The translations under genes were made by a program, and so were the position numbers. A stretch of 54,377 bases of DNA, taken from NCBI RefSeq assembly GCF_001194135.2, contig NC_068984.1, positions 612,002-666,378 of the forward strand. Reading direction: 5' to 3'. This document shows positions 1-11,538 of this stretch, in pieces; the stretch's first letter is position 1; the number at the start of each line of letters is the position of its first letter. The DNA comes from Octopus bimaculoides. Its lineage: Eukaryota. The notes beneath the pieces are model-generated. The model had not been told where the DNA came from. It ran no database searches and worked only from the letters and a program-made list of their open reading frames with translations.

Positions 1-480
1 GTTTCGAGCCTACGCTCTTCCACAGAAAGGAACACAGAAAGAAACAAGGAGAGAAACTAAAGAATGAGTAGTGGCTAGCGATCTATCATGGCGAATGCCG
101 GACAGAGGGGTCACACAGGAGAGCTAGGAAGAAGGGGAGATAATAAAGCAGTGGTGATCCCAAAACGAAGGTGCGCGTGCGTTTGTATAAGAGAGCATAT
201 ATGGGCGTGTGGAAGAGGGCTGGTGACCCTGACGTGTGCGTGTGTGTATATGTAAGTGTATGGATGTGGGGCTGGGAAGTGGTCAGTGTTAGTGTGCGTG
301 GTGATGTGATGTGATGTGGTGTTCTGTGGTATGGTGGTGTATGGTGTAATGGTGTGTGGGTTAGGCTGAGCGTTGGGTAGAAGTGAGTATGTGGGTAGGC
401 TGAGGTGGGGGTAGAGATGGGGTATGTGGGAGTGGGTGTATGGGATGGAGTGGCTGGGGCGGGATTTTGATTGTGTGGGG
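1..480 (-). mobile_element. Probable Penelope-like element terminal-repeat remnant
   Basis: Hammerhead-like core at 1-25 next to a long GT-rich low-complexity tract. No coding motif recognised; family call is inference. Confidence 0.4.
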
Positions 481-641
481 GTATTATCTATCTATCTATA
501 TGATTTAGTATAGAGAAAGGCACATACATTTATATAACATACCATACATACTCACAAACACACACACACACACACATATGTATATATAAGTATGTGTGTA
601 TACATATCTCTATATGTAAACACACATACACACACTTAATC

Positions 642-675
<34 letters not shown>

Positions 676-949
676 ATATATGCGCAGCTACATGAATATC
701 AACCGCATTGTTTTAGGCCGGCCAGATAACATCAAAAAATACACATAAGCTAACACACACTTATATAGTATCTATCTATCTATCTATCTATCTATATCTG
801 TTTATGTATAATATCTATGTATATACACATCGATGCCATTGCTATGAACACCGTATTCTATCAGGATCTATCAAATGTGTCTGTTAGACCAATATGAGAT
901 TTAAATGCAAAACAAATATTTGTAGACTACAATTATGAATTAATCTTAC

Positions 950-1180
950 TCCCGGGTTGTGGACAATGGAAATTAGTAGAAATCCAATTAGAGCGAGAGT
1001 GACATTTAATCTATAAATCAACTTTAATCTATGAATCAAGTATGGCGTTAGAGGTGCAGGCAACAATCTATAAAGGCCACAGTCTGGTTGGATTACAAGA
1101 ATTCGATTCTGTTCCCCACGTTTGGATGCTAACATTCCTTTCACTGGTTATCGTTGCAAATACACGAACGAAAACCAAAG
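950..1180 (+). mobile_element. R4/Dong-type LINE RT fragment (domains 2-3)
   Basis: Frameshifted WLDYK..FDSVPHVWML at about 1084-1130 matches the RT motif WxDYKKAFDSVPHxW. Confidence 0.55.
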
Positions 1181-1299
1181 AGAAACTGACTTCACGCTCA
1201 AGTTAATATGGAATTAATTCTTTCGTCACTGACAGGGTATATAATATTCTATCCATTTTCCCTGTCTACTATTTCTAGAAGGGTCCTAGGAGGTAGAAT

Positions 1300-1870
1300 A
1301 CTCCATAGGGTCGTATCAGAAACAACCGTAATTACGCTCTCTCGCTGGATTCACAGACGTGACCAACTAACACCCTAAATATTACCAAACCAACTCGATC
1401 CTGGTTCCCTGGTTCGGCTCGGAGAGTCTCTCTTGCGATTCTTTCGTGCAACTTTCTGATTCCATGCTCATAGTACCAGAGCTGTGACCTCGCGATGTGG
1501 GGAAGTAACGGCTCGACCTAGCAAAAATACCTGATCTCCGAGCTACACACCCTGTTGAAAAACATTTCTCTAGAGGCCCTTCGAAAAAATCTTATCTCGG
1601 CCGCTTGTTTTCGCGATCGAATGACACTTTTGGTCATTACCCAACATTCATGAGCAGAGGTGAGAATAGGTACGAAAGCCGAACCGAAATTAGGGTAGCA
1701 ATTTCGCTTCTTATTACCTTCTCTTTTTCTGAGCACCAATTGCTGAGGTTGGTGCATTACTAAACTGTGCCAACCTCAGCAATTCTAGCATTCAGTTCGT
1801 TATTTCAGGAGTATATTTCAAGGCGTCATTCCGTCTTGATTTCGTCGATATTTTCAGTAAACTCTTTGTC
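1300..1870 (-). mobile_element. RTE-clade LINE, C-terminal RT-region remnant
   Basis: FVPILTSAHECWVMTKSVIRSRKQAAEIRFFRR...VEPLLPHIARSQLWYYEH matches the RTE pattern PILTYGxExW...QAAEMRFLRR...RSQLRWFGH. Confidence 0.8.
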
Positions 1871-1889
1871 CTTTTTATTGTTGGAAATT

Positions 1890-2140
1890 TGAAGGATAGA
1901 AAGGAAGATAGAATCGCAAATCTACTACTTTTTGTACATGATCTGAAAGTGTATGCCAAAGATGTGAATGTTGTACTGAAAATCCCTGACCTAATTACGA
2001 CATTCTCAGAGAATATAAAGATGGTGTTTGGCCTGGTTAAATGTTCTTACATCATTCTAAAATCAGTGAAAACTGCAAAGCAATCTAACAATACTTCATT
2101 CAATACTCTTGCTCTCCGATGTTGGATTAACTCCTAGACA
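1890..2140 (+). mobile_element. R4/Dong-type LINE RT fragment (domains 5-6)
   Basis: ANLLLFVHDLKVYAK...TFSENIKMVFGLVKC, a decayed HLLFMDDLKLYAK...FSxDIGMxFGLDKC. Confidence 0.7.
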
Positions 2141-2499
2141 TTATTGTCTTAAGTCCTAAGACTCTCAGGAGGCTGCTTACCGAGGACCGAGATCACCCCA
2201 AAACGGGGGCGGGGTGACGGCAGTCAGTCGCAGTGTTACTTATTTACAGCCGAGTGGACTGCAGTGACGTTAGATAAAGAGTTTTGCTCAAGAACATAAC
2301 GCACCTCCAAGTCTGAGAATAGAAAGATCGAGCGCAAAATTTTGGGGGCAACACCCGAACCACTTTTGAAATTTACGAAGAAGAAATAACTACGATGTAC
2401 CAACGCAAAAAGTGATATAGATGCAAGTAAATAAATTAAATGTGCAGACTGCGGAATTACCAATGCGGATGTCATCGTCATCACAAGTAACTGTCCGAA

Positions 2500-4020
2500 A
2501 ATGTCATTACGGTGTTATCTGTGTTGTGGACTGCAACGAAACACGTCGAAAGGATAATGCTGGGGATAGAAACACCCCTCCCACCAAAAAAAAAAAGAAA
2601 ACAGGAAATTACAGCAAAACAGCTTCAGAAAGAAGCGTCTTTCTTCGCAAAAAAAATTTAAAAAAGTAAAATGTTACTACAAATACTAATTGGTATTCCA
2701 ACTCTCAAGATGCTAATTGATCTCCTCGAAACACTGAGAACCGGTCAAAATTTGTCACAAGAGAGATCAAAAATAATGTAAACAAATCGCTGCCGCCATC
2801 ACTAAACTACATGTCACTAATTCAACAGAGATGACTGGAATATATTCAGCTTAAGAACATTTTCAAAGCACAATTCGTACAAAATGTTTTCCAGTTTTTC
2901 TAAGCGACAGGCATTCTTAACATGATTAAAGCAAAATAAAATCAACTATTTTGATGCTGAAAGTTATCGATGATGTTGATGGAGAGACTACATGGAATCA
3001 CGCGATGTTGATTACTGGACAATTACTATTTTCCCATCCATCACTCTTAAACAATATTCAGGAGAAAACTGTTGTACTCATGCTAATGAAATTATTAAAC
3101 GGAAGCAAACTAGATAGAAAACAAACCTTAAAGAAGATACCAATAATTTGCAGGTAAGTCAGTATAATGAAAAGCTTGTTTCCAATCCAGACATATTTTA
3201 CCGGGAGATGTGGAAAGAAAACATAACTGTTAAGAAATCCCTTTCTCAAGAAGATCTTAAATTATTCTAGTCTAAGATTTGGCGAGAAAAGAGATATTTC
3301 AACCTTAATGTATCGTGGCTAAATTCAGTTAGGAAAAGATGCTGTAGCAACATCGACAGTGAAACATACGTAATCGACCCGAAAATGTTCACTATAGATG
3401 TAAGTAAACTGCATAATGAGGAACACCTGGAAACGACCTAATAGTTGGATACTGGTACAAGAGGCTAATTTACAGAGACCCATTAATATGTACGTCGAAA
3501 AGGACTATGAAGCGTGAGATTAACATACCGAATTAACTTGCTGTTGTACGGACGAATAAAACCACCGAATTAGCAGAAAAAATATCGGCCCATTGCTTGG
3601 CTAAATATTATGTCAAAGCTTTACAAACTCTATCTAAAACGATTTCTCCAAGATTATTTTGAGTTCAACAACATAATAATTGATAAACAGGCGGGTGGAA
3701 GGAAGGAAGTATGAGGACGTGTCGAACAACCTTTGAAAAATAAAGCTCTGGCGTCCGAGCCATCCTTCTGTCACCGTAGAAACCTTGTAAGAGGATGGCT
3801 CGATTTTAGGAAAGCATTCGACACTATTCCTCACTCATGGCTGCTGAAGTGTCTGTAGTTGGCAAAAGTACCTGCTGCCATAGTTCATATTTGTACCAAT
3901 AATGATTGTTGCGCTTGGCATTGTGAGTAAATGCCTTAATGACAGTCTTTATAAGCTGGGATTTTATGAGAAGAAAAAACAACCAACTCACATTACATTT
4001 AAGAAGCAAACACAACCATG
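2500..4020 (+). mobile_element. Degraded R4/Dong-type LINE (N-terminal region and RT domains 0-3)
   Basis: PGNDLIVGYWYKRL (domain 0), KQAGGRK (domain 2) and WLDFRKAFDTIPHSWLLKCL (domain 3), with many stops and frameshifts. Confidence 0.7.
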
Positions 4021-4049
4021 ATGATCACACGAAAGAGGTTCTCTCATAC

Positions 4050-4560
4050 TCTTCCCAGAGAGAGAATTCGCATCTTCCATATATTTACCAGCACGTCTCT
4101 ACTCAGTGTTGTCCTTGAATTCTTTAACACCAGAAAGAATCAGATTCCTCCACAGCTCCCTATCTGATGCAAGAAATTCCCAGGTATTAGTATCGAAATT
4201 TATCTTTTTGTGTCTTTAAAATTGTTTTTGAAACCCTTTCGGGGCCTGTGCTGCAGACGTTTTCTTTGCATCAGCTTACAATAAGTACACGTTTTGGCAC
4301 GAGGGTGTTATTTAAGCGAGCAAGATGGCCATATAATCTTTGAGGGTGTTTTATAATCACGGATTTGATATTTGCCAGCTGCAGTAATCATGTATGAGGC
4401 ACATAAGATCACCATGAGATCTTTCGGATATTACGCCAGCATCGCTGGTGGAGTTGGTGGAGACGTCGGATATACCTGCAGTTGATGGTCCTGGTCTCGC
4501 CTCTATACAACAGCGCTGGGAAGACACATGCTTCCTAGGTTTCAACTTTCGCTCAGCGAA
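4050..4560 (-). mobile_element. RTE-clade LINE 3' remnant
   Basis: VFPALLYRGETRTINCRYIRRLHQLHQRCWRNIRKISW and NTWEFLASDRELWRNLILSGVKEF match RTE C-terminal motifs. Confidence 0.8.
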
Positions 4561-4667
4561 AACGCATGTGAGATAGCACTAGCATATATAAATATACATA
4601 CATACGGGTGTATATATATATATATATATATGTACACACACACATATACATACATGTATGTATATAT

Positions 4668-4705
<38 letters not shown>

Positions 4706-4716
4706 GAATGTATGTA

Positions 4717-5152
4717 TATAAAGTAAGAGCAGGAAACATTACATTAAAAAAATCATCACAGAAGATATACGTCCCAAATGATACTGTAATAATAGATAGA
4801 TAGATATATAAATATATAAAGTATGATTATTTAAGAAGTTTAAAAGTTTAAAATATCTCACGATCGTTTCATGAATGTGTTACCCTTCGAAACGAAATCT
4901 AAAATTAATCATTATCAGGTAGGAAATTCACCCTTTTTCTCTGAGAAGTGGATGTATTACCTAATAATGATTATCAGTTTTAGACTCCATCTCGAATGGC
5001 AATACATTCACGAAACGATCGTAAGATATTTTAAACTTCTTAAATAATCATACTTTATATATTTGTATATCTATCTATTATTACAATATTATTTTTGACG
5101 TATATCTTCTGTGATGATTTTTAAATGTAATTTTCCCTGCTTTTGCTTTATA
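4717..5152. mobile_element. Fold-back (palindromic) MITE-like element
   Basis: 4717-4890 is the near reverse complement of 4992-5152, and pairing continues inward to a spacer of about 35 nt. TA at both ends. Confidence 0.75.
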
Positions 5153-7010
5153 ATATATAATCGCTTTTATTAAATGTCTAAATACCTTTAAGGTTTTAGG
5201 CATTCCCCTACCTAGAGAACTTAATTCGAAATTCAGTATACTGTATTCTCATTGAATACATATGATTAAATGTATGTATGTATGTATGTAAATCTTCAAG
5301 AAGTGAGTTTGCTGCACGTCAAAATCTGTTTTACAAAACCATTAAACGGCTAAGCGTCATTGTAAGTTGAACTGGCAATGGTCAATGATGTATTTTCCGA
5401 TTGATCTTCTAGTAATTGTAGCACCCCCTTTATTGTAATGCCAGTAGCTTCATTAATGGTCACAATAGTTAATTCCATCGGCAAAATATATTACTGACTG
5501 GTGTATTTATTGCTGCCGTATTGTCTAGCTCGATCGACAACCGGCCTCAAAACAAGATACTTTCAAAATGGTGGTCATGGTTTTGTTTACGAGTGTTTGC
5601 GTTGTAATAAAGTATAAGGCGATAATTGTTGCAGATCTATGGATTTTCGTTTAATATGATAAAGATGATGAAAATGGTGTAAATAAATAAATGATGAATA
5701 AATGAAGGAATTGGAGAAAGAAAAAAAGGTGAACCAAAGCGATAACGGAGTCAACTGACACGGAGAGTATTTTGCTGATTACAGAAGCGATTGAGAAAAA
5801 CGGGGTAACTGACTGATGAATCAAATATAGATGAATCTGATCAAGTATGTATGTATGTAACTAGTCTCAACTTTTTCAAAATGTATCAACGATTAATTAA
5901 TGTCTGAAATGAACTTATTGTGAAGCGTCAAGGAGATATGATTTGCCCTGGAAGCGTGTTCATTTGACGAATAACCATATGGACAGGGATATAATTTAAA
6001 TTCGAGAAACTCTGGCCAACTAAAAGATAAATTGAGTAAACAACAAAATTGTTATAAATATCTGAAAGAATGTCTATAAACAGGTTAGAAGAAGTTAGGC
6101 AAAACATGTAAAGCACTATAAAAAAAAAACAAGGACAAGATATTGTATCATCTTACATAGGTTGTTCGCTGCTCCCATTACGTTTCGGGTAAGTTCCACT
6201 TTATCAAATATAAGATAGAAAATAATCCAAGATTTCGGAAAAAAATGTAATATTATCGGCAGGCTATTCTGACGCATCGTAACAGAAAGTCTTGATGGAT
6301 TACAGTATATAGCTGTGGCTAGTGAAGATAAATAGTAACCGTAGCATCAAGAGGGGTGTCCTATATAGGAGCAGTCGGCGTCCTGGCAAGGAGAATTATT
6401 GTGGGTGTTGAAAGGCGGAGATTAGGAATGGCCAACGTACAATAGCTGAGTTTTAAGGCCTTCGTTTTGTATAATAGAGAATAATATTTCGGTTTCGACC
6501 AGTTGGAGAGAAGCTGAAGCAAAGTTGTGTTCATGTATATTATTTTTTGTATCAGTTTAATGATAAATGGAGAAATGAAAATGCAATGTCTGTGTCGTTT
6601 TGCTATCGGTAGTCGATAGCGCAAATACTTGAGAACTAATTGCAACAAATGATTCACCAATTAGTCAAGCAAAATATCTCTGTAAATGGATGTCTCTCTA
6701 GGACATCCTTAATACGAGATTAAACACAGCCTGTAACACGCATCAGAAACTGAATCCAAAAATAACCGTAAGTGAAGCGTACGGTTTTAGGGATTGAGCA
6801 TGAGTTACTTCCCGTTGCTTCAGACTTCAAAAGAAAACTTTAATTCGACATTGCAAGATTAGGAAAAAAGTTTATTAAACAATATTCCTAATTCTTAAAG
6901 TATAAAGCTGATGTTATTAATGAGATGGATTGAATCTGCTTGGTATCCATAGTTAAGATAACAGCCAGGCAGCCTAGTGGCGGGATCGAACCTGCTTGGT
7001 TTCCCTAATT

Positions 7011-7270
7011 AGCCTAGTGGTTAGGATGATGCACTTGCGATCGCAAGATCGTGTTTTGATTCTCGGACTGTGTGATGCGTTGTGTTCTTGAGCATAATCC
7101 TTCATTTAACGATGCTCCAGTCCACTCAGCTGTATATGAGGAACAACCCTGAGATGGACGGACTGTCGACGTTTTTCAGAAACTGTTGTGATCTTGACCA
7201 CGTATACGTCATGGAAACCGGGTAACAGGATCTATGGGTCCTAAGACTCACGACAGTAATATCCAGGGAT
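7011..7270 (+). mobile_element. tRNA-derived SINE, family B
   Basis: Box-A-like AGCCTAGTGGTTAGG, then GTTGTGTTCTTGAGC...GCTCCAGTCCACTCAGCTG shared with other family-B copies. Confidence 0.75.
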
Positions 7271-8255
7271 TGATGATGATATATCTATCTCTGATTGAGA
7301 TGGTAATGTATACCAAATCGAAGGTTAATGAATAACAGGGTGGATGTCTTCAATAAGGTCTAATGGTGATTTATTAATGATGAGATAAAACACTTAGAGG
7401 TGGAGGAGAAGGAGGAAATCAGATTGTCTTAGGTATATGATCTTGCTGAGGAGTGTTACGTGCCATGAATGAAGTGAATCTGTTTCAACAAGGAATCGAA
7501 ACCCGTAACTGAATTTAGCTTACTCTACGTTTGTGAGTAGAACATGTTATGTTTATTTGGCATGAAACTAAAGATGGTGGCAGATGAATATAATTGATTG
7601 AACTAACAGTAGTTCATAACTGGCTTTTTATTAATTAATACATGTGGAGTTCAATTCAATATGGCGCATGAGACGAACTGAATGCAGTGCAATGGTATAT
7701 TTATACTTCAGCTTTCTACAGTCTCAACCGTTTTCTCCACCAGAACTTATCATCTATATTACCATTGATCTATATTGTTGTATAGCATTATATGTTATCT
7801 GTATTACTATAGGTCTATATAGCAATAGATATATAATAATATCAATCCATATCACTACACAGTGACTCGCATACTTATTCTAAATACATTCTGGCAGATT
7901 CGAACCTGAATATGCTAAGCGCTGTCGTGTTTCTTTTTAGGAGGAGAACATCTCCTTTACCATGAACATTTCCCATTCAATTCATTTGTGTGAGTGACTT
8001 TGATCAGCACGGATCAGCGAACCGTTTGTAACGATTAATATATTCACGTTCAAATCTGCCGGAGCGCATAAAGAATAAATATGCAAGCCATCGTTTTAAA
8101 TCTCTCCGTTCACCGTGCATATAACGATTTGCTATTTTACCGTATCATACGGCATATTTTACTGTATCATCTCTGTAACTACATATGTGTGTGTTACTAT
8201 TGATAATTTATAATACTATTTATTATCATGTTCATTACTATTGATGTCTATCATT

Positions 8256-8432
8256 GGACTAGTGGTCAGGGTGTGTTTTTCACTCTCGCCATGTCGTGGG
8301 TTCAAGTTCCGAACCGGGCAGCGTGTTGTGTTCTCGAGCAAAACACTTCATTCTACGCTGCTCTAGTGTTGTGTGGGGAGCGGCATGTCAAAGACCAGAC
8401 CTAACATTTCCTCTGCGGGTCGTAAAAGATGA
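8256..8432 (+). mobile_element. tRNA-derived SINE, family B
   Basis: CTAGTGGTCAGGG, box-B-like GGTTCAAGTTCC and GTGTTGTGTTCTCGAGCAAAACACTT. Confidence 0.7.
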
Positions 8433-8989
8433 CCAAAAAAAAAAAACAACAGGTGGTAACAGTCTTCACCAGCAACGATTATCCAAACAGACCCAGAGGT
8501 TGGAAGGTTATCGCCTGCGCAATGCAATGGTGCCATCCGTCAGTAGTAGGGAATCGCCGACGAATGAAGGATGCAGCGATGTCCTTTTACAGCGTGTATC
8601 CCCATCCTCCTCCTCTCGTTCTCTTCCTCCTCTATCACTATATCCTATTGTATAATACTATGTATTATCCATATTAATTAAATACCATTAATTGACCAAC
8701 AATGAAGTACGCGGGGAATGTCTCTTCAAACTCAAACTGCATTCGTTCTTGTTACATAGAAAATATATTTTAGTTCATTTTATTTCGGTTGAACTGCATT
8801 TGGTGGGAGACAGAGAAACTCATCGCATGTAAAAGTGTGTAAATATATTTTCATTTAGGTTCACGTCAATACCAGTAATCCATTTATTCCAATATTTTAT
8901 CTATACGAAGACTTGATTAACGACAACATTGTTTCTAAAGGTGAACATTACTGAAAACTTGCCATTGTGCCAATAATGAAGCTGATTTT

Positions 8990-9230
8990 TTTTTGACGTT
9001 ATTCAACCATTCGCATTTACGCGATTACAGCTTCCAGTTCGAGTGATTTTCTCGCTGGCAACCAATAAATGCCAATGCCAGTCATTCAGTATAATAGGTC
9101 TATTCTCTCTCCATCTGATCAGTTTGTGTGCGGACAATTGTATAAAGCTCCGGCAATAATTACACAGGTTGATGCAGATACAACGACGATGATAGGAACA
9201 TATCCTCAATATACTAGACACTAAAGTTTG
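8990..9230 (+). mobile_element. Helitron PIF1-like helicase C-terminal fragment
   Basis: From 9010 the frame reads FAFTRLQLPVRVIFSLATNKCQCQSFSIIGL, then GQLY in a shifted frame; a decayed RLQFPVRLAFAMTINKSQGQ...HGQLYVA. Confidence 0.7.
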
Positions 9231-9277
9231 CCAAATTTTAAAATGTTTTCTTAAGTTTATATTATTCGGATGCATAA

Positions 9278-9340
<63 letters not shown>

Positions 9341-9428
9341 CGTAGCAACTATAACGTAGCTGTCCGTTATCGGAGCTGCGTTCTTTCTGTTTGTCTGTTG
9401 GTGCGCATCTGTGTGCATGGGTATACAC

Positions 9429-9459
<31 letters not shown>

Positions 9460-9713
9460 TTTATTTATGTATGTATGTATGCGTGTATATATATATATAT
9501 ATATATGCATGTATGTACGTTTGTATGTATGTATTCTACATATTCATGTCTGTATGTGTATCTGTTTCCTTGTGCGTGTGTGTGTATGGAGTGTGCATGT
9601 GTGTATATGGTTATGTGTTTCAGTCACCTTTTGGTGTATGTGCTTGTCTGTCCGTATTACCTACGTAGCTATCTATATACTTATATATCAGTTTACATAC
9701 ACATCTCTCACTC

Positions 9714-9748
<35 letters not shown>

Positions 9749-10063
9749 NNNNNNNNNNNNNNNNNNNNNNNNNNNNNNNNNNNNNNNNNNNNNNNNNNNN
9801 NNNNNNNNNNNNNNNNNNNNNNNNNNNNNNNNNNNNNNNNNNNNNNNNNNNNNNNNNNNNNNNNNNNNNNNNNNNNNNNNNNNNNNNNNNNNNNNNNNNN
9901 NNNNNNNNNNNNNNNNNNNNNNNNNNNNNNNNNNNNNNNNNNNNNNNNNNNNNNNNNNNNNNNNNNNNNNNNNNNNNNNNNNNNNNNNNNNNNNNNNNNN
10001 NNNNNNNNNNNNNNNNNNNNNNNNNNNNNNNNNNNNNNNNNNNNNNNNNNNNNNNNNNNNNNN
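9749..10063. other. Assembly gap
   Basis: Run of N flanked by (TA)n. Confidence 1.
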
Positions 10064-10067
10064 TATA

Positions 10068-10102
<35 letters not shown>

Positions 10103-10244
10103 GTACGTATATATATATATATGTACGTATATATATATATGTACGTATATATATATATATATATGCATGTGTGCGCGCGTGCGTGCGTGCGTGTGTGTGT
10201 CTGTATATATGTATGTACATATATGTGTGTGTTTCTTTGTGTCT

Positions 10245-10395
10245 GTGTTTGTCTCCGTTATCTAGCGGTTCGGCAAAATAGACCGATAGAATATGTTCCA
10301 GGCTTAAAAAATAAGTCTGACTCAATCTGTACGACTAAAAGGCGGTGCTCCAGCATGGCTGCACTTACATGATTGAAACAAAGAGAACAGTAAAA
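10245..10395 (+). mobile_element. 3' module of composite SINE family C/D
   Basis: GCGGTTCGGCAAAATAGACCGATAGAAT...AAGGCGGTGCTCCAGCATGGC, homologous to 19422-19602 (minus). Confidence 0.75.
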
Positions 10396-10495
10396 CTATA
10401 TATATATATATATAATCATAAAGGGAAATGGAAATTAATAACATTTCCCCTTCCAAGTGGCCTAGCGTATAAAAGCTTAGCCCAAAGGCTGAATT

Positions 10496-10663
10496 ACTCA
10501 TAAGGTACAGTGTATATTTAAATACGTAAGAGAAATCCACTCATGGGATTCCTTACACTAGAGAGAACAGCTAGGTTCTAGGCCCTATCAGTTCTTTCTA
10601 GCGTAAGGAATCCCATGAGTGGATTCCTCTTAGATATTTAAATACACACTGTACCTTATGAGT
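10496..10663. mobile_element. Short fold-back MITE-like element
   Basis: ACTCATAAGGTACAGTGT...GGGATTCCTTAC at the left pairs with GTAAGGAATCCC...ACACTGTACCTTATGAGT at the right; arms about 70 bp. Confidence 0.8.
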
Positions 10664-10665
10664 TT

Positions 10666-10790
10666 ACATATATATATATATACATGTAGATGAAGGTACA
10701 TATATATATATACATATAGATGAAGGTACATATATATATACATATAGATGAAGGTACATATATATATACATATAGATGAAGGTATGTACA
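10666..10790. repeat. Minisatellite, 4 units of 28-30 bp
   Basis: TAGATGAAGGTA at 10687, 10717, 10745 and 10773, separated by TA-rich spacers. Confidence 0.9.
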
Positions 10791-10934
10791 TACACTCATA
10801 TATTGTTTTTTTTATATATATATATATATAAACACCCCCCTTCTCCCTTTCTAAAACATTATCAGTTTCACTTTTACATAAAAAAGGTGAAGCAAACTTA
10901 CAGTAAATCACTTTTTTTTTGATAAACCCGATAA

Positions 10935-11538
10935 NNNNNNNNNNNNNNNNNNNNNNNNNNNNNNNNNNNNNNNNNNNNNNNNNNNNNNNNNNNNNNNNNN
11001 NNNNNNNNNNNNNNNNNNNNNNNNNNNNNNNNNNNNNNNNNNNNNNNNNNNNNNNNNNNNNNNNNNNNNNNNNNNNNNNNNNNNNNNNNNNNNNNNNNNN
11101 NNNNNNNNNNNNNNNNNNNNNNNNNNNNNNNNNNNNNNNNNNNNNNNNNNNNNNNNNNNNNNNNNNNNNNNNNNNNNNNNNNNNNNNNNNNNNNNNNNNN
11201 NNNNNNNNNNNNNNNNNNNNNNNNNNNNNNNNNNNNNNNNNNNNNNNNNNNNNNNNNNNNNNNNNNNNNNNNNNNNNNNNNNNNNNNNNNNNNNNNNNNN
11301 NNNNNNNNNNNNNNNNNNNNNNNNNNNNNNNNNNNNNNNNNNNNNNNNNNNNNNNNNNNNNNNNNNNNNNNNNNNNNNNNNNNNNNNNNNNNNNNNNNNN
11401 NNNNNNNNNNNNNNNNNNNNNNNNNNNNNNNNNNNNNNNNNNNNNNNNNNNNNNNNNNNNNNNNNNNNNNNNNNNNNNNNNNNNNNNNNNNNNNNNNNNN
11501 NNNNNNNNNNNNNNNNNNNNNNNNNNNNNNNNNNNNNN
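10935..11538. other. Assembly gap
   Basis: Run of N. Confidence 1.

Noticed and set aside
7442-7511. CTGAGGA...GAAAC-CC-GTA hammerhead-like spacing
   Set aside because: No stem I complementarity and stem II does not close.
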